Source: an uncultured Candidatus Neoarthromitus sp. (GTDB lineage: Bacteria; Bacillota; Clostridia; Clostridiales; Clostridiaceae). Taken from it: a stretch of DNA of 32,000 nt. The notes below the pieces were generated by a model, which was not told where the DNA came from, did not search any database, and was given only the letters and a program-made list of their open reading frames with translations. Position 1 is the first letter of the stretch, and each line of letters starts with the position of its first letter. The DNA is taken from NCBI GenBank assembly GCA_937890765.1, contig CALADQ010000026.1, positions 131,368 through 163,367 of the forward strand, written 5' to 3'. The position numbers and the translations under genes were made by a program. Shown in pieces: positions 26,628 through 32,000 of this stretch.

Positions 26628-27722
26628 CTAAACATTAAATCTGAAATTTATTACATCCCCATCCTTAACGACGTAATCTTTTCCTTCCAATCTATAATAA
26701 CCTTTCTCTTTTGCAACAACTTCACTTCCACATTCAACAAGTTTATCAAAAGAAATAATCTCTGCTCTTATAAAACCTCTCTCTATATCTGAATGAATTT
26801 TTCCAGCTGCTTGAGGAGCTTTAGTACCATCCACAATTGTCCAAGCTCTAACTTCTTGAACACCCGCAGTCAAATAACTTATAAGTCCAAGCAATTTGTA
26901 ACTCAGCGTAATCAAATTATCCAATCCAGATTCATTTAAATTATACTCTCTAAGCATTTCTTTTTTCTCATCATCCTCAAGAACAGATAACTCTTCCTCA
27001 AACTTCGCAGACAAGACTATAACCTCAGAATTTTCATCAAAGGCAAATTTCTTAACCTCTTCAACAAAATTATTTTTCTTACCATGTAAAAAATCATCCT
27101 CAGAAATGTTGCAAGCATACAAAGTTTTTTTGCTAGTTATTAAAAAATATTTATTAACCATCTCTTGCTCTTCTTTTGTTAAATCCATGCTCCTAACCAT
27201 TTTTCCATTTTCTAAATGCGCCTTAACTTTATTCAAAATCTCAAGATCTGCCTTTGCAAATTTATCACCAGAACGGGCAATTTTCAAAGTTTTATCAATT
27301 CGTCTTTCAACTATTTCTAAATCAGATAAAATTAATTCAAAATTTATCGTCTCAATATCACTGATTGGATTTACTTTTCCATCAACATGCACAACATTCT
27401 CATCTTCAAAACATCTAACAACATGTACAATTGCCTCAACCTCTCTTATATTAGAAAGAAATTTATTTCCAAGCCCCTCACCTTTACTAGCTCCCCTAAC
27501 CAAACCAGCAATATCATAAAATTCAACAGCTGTATAAACTTTCTTTTTAGAATTATAAATTTTTTCCAAATCATCTAATCTTTTATCTGGAACACTCACA
27601 ACTCCAACATTAGGTTCAATTGTACAAAATGGATAATTGGCCGATTCTGCTCCAGCCTTTGTTATAGCGTTAAAAAGCGTACTCTTGCCAACATTAGGCA
27701 ATCCTATTATTCCCAATCTCAC
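26628..27722 (-). CDS. ychF: Ribosome-binding ATPase YchF (Obg-like)
   Basis: 364 aa. The N-terminal G-domain is LGIIGLPNVGKSTLFNAIT, followed by DIAGLVRGASKGEGLGNKFL and a C-terminal TGS-like RAWTI...GKIHSDIERGFIRAE. GTG start with GAGAGAGAGG upstream. Confidence 0.95.
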   Translation of the reverse strand: MRLGIIGLPNVGKSTLFNAITKAGAESANYPFCTIEPNVGVVSVPDKRLDDLEKIYNSKKKVYTAVEFYDIAGLVRGASKGEGLGNKFLSNIREVEAIVHVVRCFEDENVVHVDGKVNPISDIETINFELILSDLEIVERRIDKTLKIARSGDKFAKADLEILNKVKAHLENGKMVRSMDLTKEEQEMVNKYFLITSKKTLYACNISEDDFLHGKKNNFVEEVKKFAFDENSEVIVLSAKFEEELSVLEDDEKKEMLREYNLNESGLDNLITLSYKLLGLISYLTAGVQEVRAWTIVDGTKAPQAAGKIHSDIERGFIRAEIISFDKLVECGSEVVAKEKGYYRLEGKDYVVKDGDVINFRFNV

Positions 27723-27843
27723 TAAACAATTACCTCTCTCTCATATAAATTTCATTTTAAAACATATATTTACACTCATTTATCATAACGAACAGTTACA
27801 TAATAAAATAAAAATATTCTAATATTGAAAAGGGGGCTTCAAC

Positions 27844-28659
27844 TTGGCCAAAACAATTATATTATATTTGGTGATTTTTATAAATACACTTTTCCCAAAC
27901 TACAAATACAACGCAAAAAAATTAAATGACTCAAATAAAACAATACAAACTTTTGAAACAAATGGACTAAGCACTAAAGAAATAGATTGGTATATAGTCC
28001 CAAACAAAAATAATCTCCCACCAGAACCAAACAAGATTGCAATACCAATGTTTGAAAAATTTTCAGGATACTACATAGGTAACACTGACAAAAAATTTTT
28101 ATATTTAACTTTTGACGAAGGATATGAAAATGGATACACATCTAAAATTTTAGACACATTAAAAAAACAAAACGTACCTGCCGCATTTTTCGTTGTAAAA
28201 CCTTATATAAAAACAAATCCAGAATTAATAAAAAGGATGGTAGACGAGGGCCATTTAGTTTGTAATCATTCATCAAATCATCCATCAATGGCTAAAGTTT
28301 TTGACGAACAAAAATTTAAAAAAGAATTGGAAGACGTGGCTACAGAATTTAACAAAATAACAAATACAAACATGCCAAAATATTTTAGACCACCAATGGG
28401 AAAATTCAGCGAATACTCCCTAAATTTAACAAACAATCTTGGATATAAAAGTATATTTTGGAGTTTAGCTTACAAAGATTTTGATGTTAAAAATCAACCA
28501 ACCAAAGAAAAAGCAAAATCAAAAATACTCGAAAGAATACACAATGGTTGTATAATACTACTTCACGCTGTTTCAAAAACAAATACTGAAATTCTAGATG
28601 AATTACTTCAAGAAATTAAATCAAAAGGGTATGAATTCAGACCCTTGACCGACTTTTAA
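27844..28659 (+). CDS. Polysaccharide deacetylase, PdaA-like (NodB domain)
   Basis: 271 aa. TTG start 9 nt after AAGGGGG. The N-terminus is hydrophobic. LYLTFDEGYENGYTSKILDTLKKQNVPAAFFVV, CNHSSNH and YFRPPMG are NodB motifs. From memory, the first block closely resembles B. subtilis PdaA (YLTFDNGYENGYT...). Confidence 0.8.
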   Translation: MAKTIILYLVIFINTLFPNYKYNAKKLNDSNKTIQTFETNGLSTKEIDWYIVPNKNNLPPEPNKIAIPMFEKFSGYYIGNTDKKFLYLTFDEGYENGYTSKILDTLKKQNVPAAFFVVKPYIKTNPELIKRMVDEGHLVCNHSSNHPSMAKVFDEQKFKKELEDVATEFNKITNTNMPKYFRPPMGKFSEYSLNLTNNLGYKSIFWSLAYKDFDVKNQPTKEKAKSKILERIHNGCIILLHAVSKTNTEILDELLQEIKSKGYEFRPLTDF

Positions 28660-29896
28660 AGTCAACTTCGCTCCTAACATACCCTAAAATCATCCAAAAT
28701 ATTATTCCAATTAAACTAGGTGTATATATCAAAACAGATTCAAACATTCCAACAAATAATAAACTCAATACAGCTGAATACAAAACTGTGTAATCAAAAT
28801 TATTCAAGTTCTTCATTAAAATTTTGTAAGTCTTAATTAAATACGTAACAACAAAACACGAAATAAGCGTAAACGCAACTGAACCATACGACAAAAGAAC
28901 ATCTAAAAACGTATTATGCGTTCCACCTTCCTTAGCACCAGACAAAAATCTAATCGTGCTATTTATAAGCGTACTAATTGAATCTGTTTTTGAATATCCA
29001 AATAAAAATTTATCCTTTATTATGTAAAAAACCTGTTCCCAAATTTCATATCTTCCATTCAATAAAACAACAAGAATATCTTTATTGAACAAAAACAAAT
29101 ATACAGATGCTAAAAGAAAAACAAGTGAAGATAAAATCATAATCCATTTATTTTTAAATGTAATTGCAGTAAATACAAAACAAAATACCAAAAAAGCAAT
29201 CACAGCACTTCTAGCATTAACCAAAAACAACATTATAACAGATAAAACAATATTTATTATAGCAATTTGTTTAAAAACAACTCCCTTATAATAACTCAAA
29301 AATATAAACGAAAAAACTATACCTATAAAACACATTATACCCAATATGTTTTCATTATCATAAATGCCCGTGAAAGATCCATTAAAATGAATGCCATAAA
29401 CTTTATTCAAAACAATTCTAATTTTAAAAATATAAACAATTATGCTAAATACATGTGATATCAAACACAATCCCAATATCACTGAAGACAATATTTTCAA
29501 TTTTACATAAACATTATCTCTTAAAATATTAAAAAATATGAAAAACTGAAATATACCTAAAATTATAAATTTAATCTCATTTATATATTCAGACAAACTA
29601 TATGAATTTAAATACATCGTAACGAACGTTGAAAGTACAAATAAAATAAAAATCATATTAAAAAAATCAACTTTATATTTCTTAGAAAATAATTCAAAAA
29701 TAAAAATAAGTGCAAATATTAAATAAAATAAATAATTAAATATGCTAACTAAAAATGTTAATTCCCCAACTATACTGACATAAGAAAAATTAAATATTAA
29801 ATATGCTAACGTTATATAAAACTTAATCATGTTAAAATCAAGCACAAATGAATCATTTTTCTTATTAACAAATGGTAACCTCAATTGCTTAAACAA
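28637..29896 (-). CDS. O-antigen ligase/polymerase-like (Wzy_C-type) polytopic membrane protein
   Basis: 419 aa with roughly 10-12 hydrophobic segments. NARSAVIAFLV and the loop GAKEGGTHNTFLDVLLSYG resemble the Wzy_C/O-antigen-ligase signature. The start is uncertain: TTG at 29896, TTG at 29884 (overlapping the upstream TGA) or ATG at 29830, none with a clear SD. Confidence 0.6.
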   Translation of the reverse strand: MFKQLRLPFVNKKNDSFVLDFNMIKFYITLAYLIFNFSYVSIVGELTFLVSIFNYLFYLIFALIFIFELFSKKYKVDFFNMIFILFVLSTFVTMYLNSYSLSEYINEIKFIILGIFQFFIFFNILRDNVYVKLKILSSVILGLCLISHVFSIIVYIFKIRIVLNKVYGIHFNGSFTGIYDNENILGIMCFIGIVFSFIFLSYYKGVVFKQIAIINIVLSVIMLFLVNARSAVIAFLVFCFVFTAITFKNKWIMILSSLVFLLASVYLFLFNKDILVVLLNGRYEIWEQVFYIIKDKFLFGYSKTDSISTLINSTIRFLSGAKEGGTHNTFLDVLLSYGSVAFTLISCFVVTYLIKTYKILMKNLNNFDYTVLYSAVLSLLFVGMFESVLIYTPSLIGIIFWMILGYVRSEVDFKSRSRV

Positions 29897-31044
29897 TTTT
29901 TATACACGTCCTTTAGTTTATCTATAATATTAGTCTTTTCAAAATTTTCAAGAAAATATTCCCTAATCTTAACACTGTTGTAAAATTTATAGTTTTTAAT
30001 CATATCAATCATGGCATTTGATATTTTAACTTCATCACACTCATCAATTAATATACCAAAATCACCACTCCGTATAATTTCTTCCGCTCCACCATTTTTA
30101 ACACAAATTACAGGTTTCCCACACGCAAGAGATTCTATATAAACAACGCCAAAAGTTTCGTATCCAGAAACCATAATAAATGAATGGCATTCATTCATCT
30201 TTATAACAACTTCTTCTCTACCTAACATTCCTAAAAATTTAACATTCTCTATTAAATTATTTGCAACAACTTGACTTTCCAATTCATCTCTTAAATAACC
30301 ATCTCCACCAATTTCCAAAACAAACTCATATCCAGAATCTCGTAAAATTTTGCATGCTTTAATTAAATCGACAAATCCTTTTCCATCAACTAAAAACGCC
30401 AATGAAAAAAATTTAAAAACATTTCCGCAAGACTTTAAATTATCAATTGGCTTAAAAATTTTACCATCTAAAAAATTATGTATAACATATAATTTTTCAT
30501 TGTTAGATATCAATTTCAATTCATTTTTCAATGAATTACTAACAGCAATAAGCACAGAAGAATTATCATAAGCACTTTTTATTTTCTTCATGTATTTAGA
30601 TTTAATATATTTCGAACTAGAAATTCCAGTATGTTCAGTGATAATATACGGAATTTTGAATTTAGATTTAATATATTCAGCGCACATTCCAGCCCAAAAG
30701 CACGAGTGAAAATGAAACAAATCAATTTTGCCTTTTTCAATTTTAATTTTTTTTATGAGTTTCTCAAGCCTTTTTGCAAAAAACAAAAACCTAGCGTTAC
30801 TATGAAAATAGTAATTATAATCTCTATATCTGTAAGTATCTAATCCGTGTTCTGATTTTCTAACTATCTTATTTTTAAAAATCATTTTAAAATTTTTATA
30901 CTTATACAAAGGAACTATCTCATTGTAAGCTATTGTAACATTTATCCCTGCCTCGCTTAACGCTTTGGCCTGTTCTCTAAAAAAACTTCCTAAAACGTTA
31001 TTTTCATCATTAGAATACCACGAAGGAATTATAACAACATGCAT
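29881..31044 (-). CDS. Family 4 (GT-B) glycosyltransferase
   Basis: The E-x7-E region is YETFGVVYIESLACGKPVICVKNGGAEEI. The ATG at 31044 (MHVVIIPSWY) lies 4 nt after GAGGTG. The ORF-track ATG at 31056 directly abuts the upstream stop and contains that SD. Confidence 0.85.
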   Translation of the reverse strand: MHVVIIPSWYSNDENNVLGSFFREQAKALSEAGINVTIAYNEIVPLYKYKNFKMIFKNKIVRKSEHGLDTYRYRDYNYYFHSNARFLFFAKRLEKLIKKIKIEKGKIDLFHFHSCFWAGMCAEYIKSKFKIPYIITEHTGISSSKYIKSKYMKKIKSAYDNSSVLIAVSNSLKNELKLISNNEKLYVIHNFLDGKIFKPIDNLKSCGNVFKFFSLAFLVDGKGFVDLIKACKILRDSGYEFVLEIGGDGYLRDELESQVVANNLIENVKFLGMLGREEVVIKMNECHSFIMVSGYETFGVVYIESLACGKPVICVKNGGAEEIIRSGDFGILIDECDEVKISNAMIDMIKNYKFYNSVKIREYFLENFEKTNIIDKLKDVYKNCLSN

Positions 31045-31056
31045 AAAACACCTCAT

Positions 31057-32000
31057 CTAATTTTGAAAAACTTTATTTAATTTTTTCAATATCACATCTC
31101 CATTAAAATTATTTCTAAAAAATTTCTTATCCAAATCAAAATCATCTATAATATGTAAAATATTTTTCAAAATGTCATCACAATTATTTAAACAACACAA
31201 AATACCATCTAAATTTTTAACTAAATCATACATTGGATCTTCAAAACTTTCTAAGACAACCAAAATATATCCACAACTTCCCATGTAATCATAAATTTTA
31301 GCAGGTATTTGTTTAAATTCTTTGTTACCAAATATTATTAAAACCTCAGCATTCACAATTAAATTCACAACTTTCATATACGAAACTCTAGGTTTGAAAT
31401 TTATATAATTCCTACTCGCAATTAAATTTAATTGTTCTTCATCATTCACATTTCCAAAAAAATTCAAATTTATTTTTTCAAATTTATCACGATATTTGTC
31501 TCGCAAAACATCCATAGCTTCAACAAAAAATTTTGTTTCCCTTATACCTTTAACAACATCACCCGCATGCAAAAAATTTATTTTACCCTTAACATAATCA
31601 TCAGGATAAAATTTTTTTGCATCACTATAAAATTTTTCATCAAATCCACGATGTATCAATTCCATTTCATTGTGACTTATACCATATTTGCTTGCATAAT
31701 ATTCAAAATTTTTTTCAGTAACAAACAAAAATTTATCGCTATTTCTCACAATTAATTTTTCAAAATTCAAATTCACAAATCTCGTAAAAAATGATTTGTT
31801 TTTCCTTCCAACTTCATCGCAATAAGGATCACTAAAATATGAGACTAATTTCACATCATTTTTAAATTTGCGTTTCATAATTTTTTTTATCCTGTAACTG
31901 CATATAAGACTTGATGGAGGTTCGTGCATCCCCAAAATAATATCAAAATTCAGATTTTGAATTTTGTTTTCAAAATAACTTACAGCTTTATTTATCCAAG
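31057..32000 (-). CDS. Putative glycosyltransferase (GT-B-like), 5' end beyond the right window edge
   Basis: The reading frame stays open upstream of the track start at 31935. The reverse complement of 31936..31998 reads WINKAVSYFENKIQNLNFDII in frame with no stop. The C-terminal half has FFGNV...QIPAKIYDYMGSCGYILVV, which resembles the acceptor and nucleotide-binding half of GT-B enzymes. Family assignment is tentative. Confidence 0.5.
   Translation of the reverse strand, partial: WINKAVSYFENKIQNLNFDIILGMHEPPSSLICSYRIKKIMKRKFKNDVKLVSYFSDPYCDEVGRKNKSFFTRFVNLNFEKLIVRNSDKFLFVTEKNFEYYASKYGISHNEMELIHRGFDEKFYSDAKKFYPDDYVKGKINFLHAGDVVKGIRETKFFVEAMDVLRDKYRDKFEKINLNFFGNVNDEEQLNLIASRNYINFKPRVSYMKVVNLIVNAEVLIIFGNKEFKQIPAKIYDYMGSCGYILVVLESFEDPMYDLVKNLDGILCCLNNCDDILKNILHIIDDFDLDKKFFRNNFNGDVILKKLNKVFQN

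Overview
Very AT-rich, densely coding chromosomal segment that looks like a low-GC Gram-positive anaerobe (Clostridia/Tissierellia-like; I cannot name the organism). From about 2.1 kb to 27.7 kb every gene except selC is on the minus strand. The core is a compact division/cell-wall (dcw) cluster: rsmH, ftsL, a class B PBP with PASTA repeats, murE, murF, mraY, ftsW and ftsQ. It is followed by sepF, ylmH, divIVA, rluD and a second sepF. Further downstream on that strand are htrA, a small lipoprotein, hslO and a tRNA-Asp/Phe/Cys operon. At higher coordinates than rsmH lie a translationally coupled M16 peptidase pair, a selenocysteine tRNA (selC) with a perfect consensus promoter, and a heterodimeric ABC exporter with one degenerate ATP site. 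Next come a 564-bp non-coding gap containing an orphan intrinsic terminator, and ychF. Both edges of the window carry envelope-glycan genes: GT2/GT4/NodB deacetylase on the left, and a PdaA-like deacetylase, a Wzy/O-antigen-ligase-like protein and two glycosyltransferases on the right. Genes run off both window ends. I found no CRISPR array, transposase, integrase, phage gene or recognisable defence or toxin-antitoxin module. I do not see a convincing novel multi-gene system. The best leads are the duplicated sepF flanking ylmH-divIVA-rluD, the long leader with an orphan terminator in front of the ABC exporter, the orphan selC, and an uncharacterised secreted DUF4214-like protein. Several ORF-track starts use TTG or GTG and were moved where a Shine-Dalgarno sequence or a conserved N-terminus supports another start.
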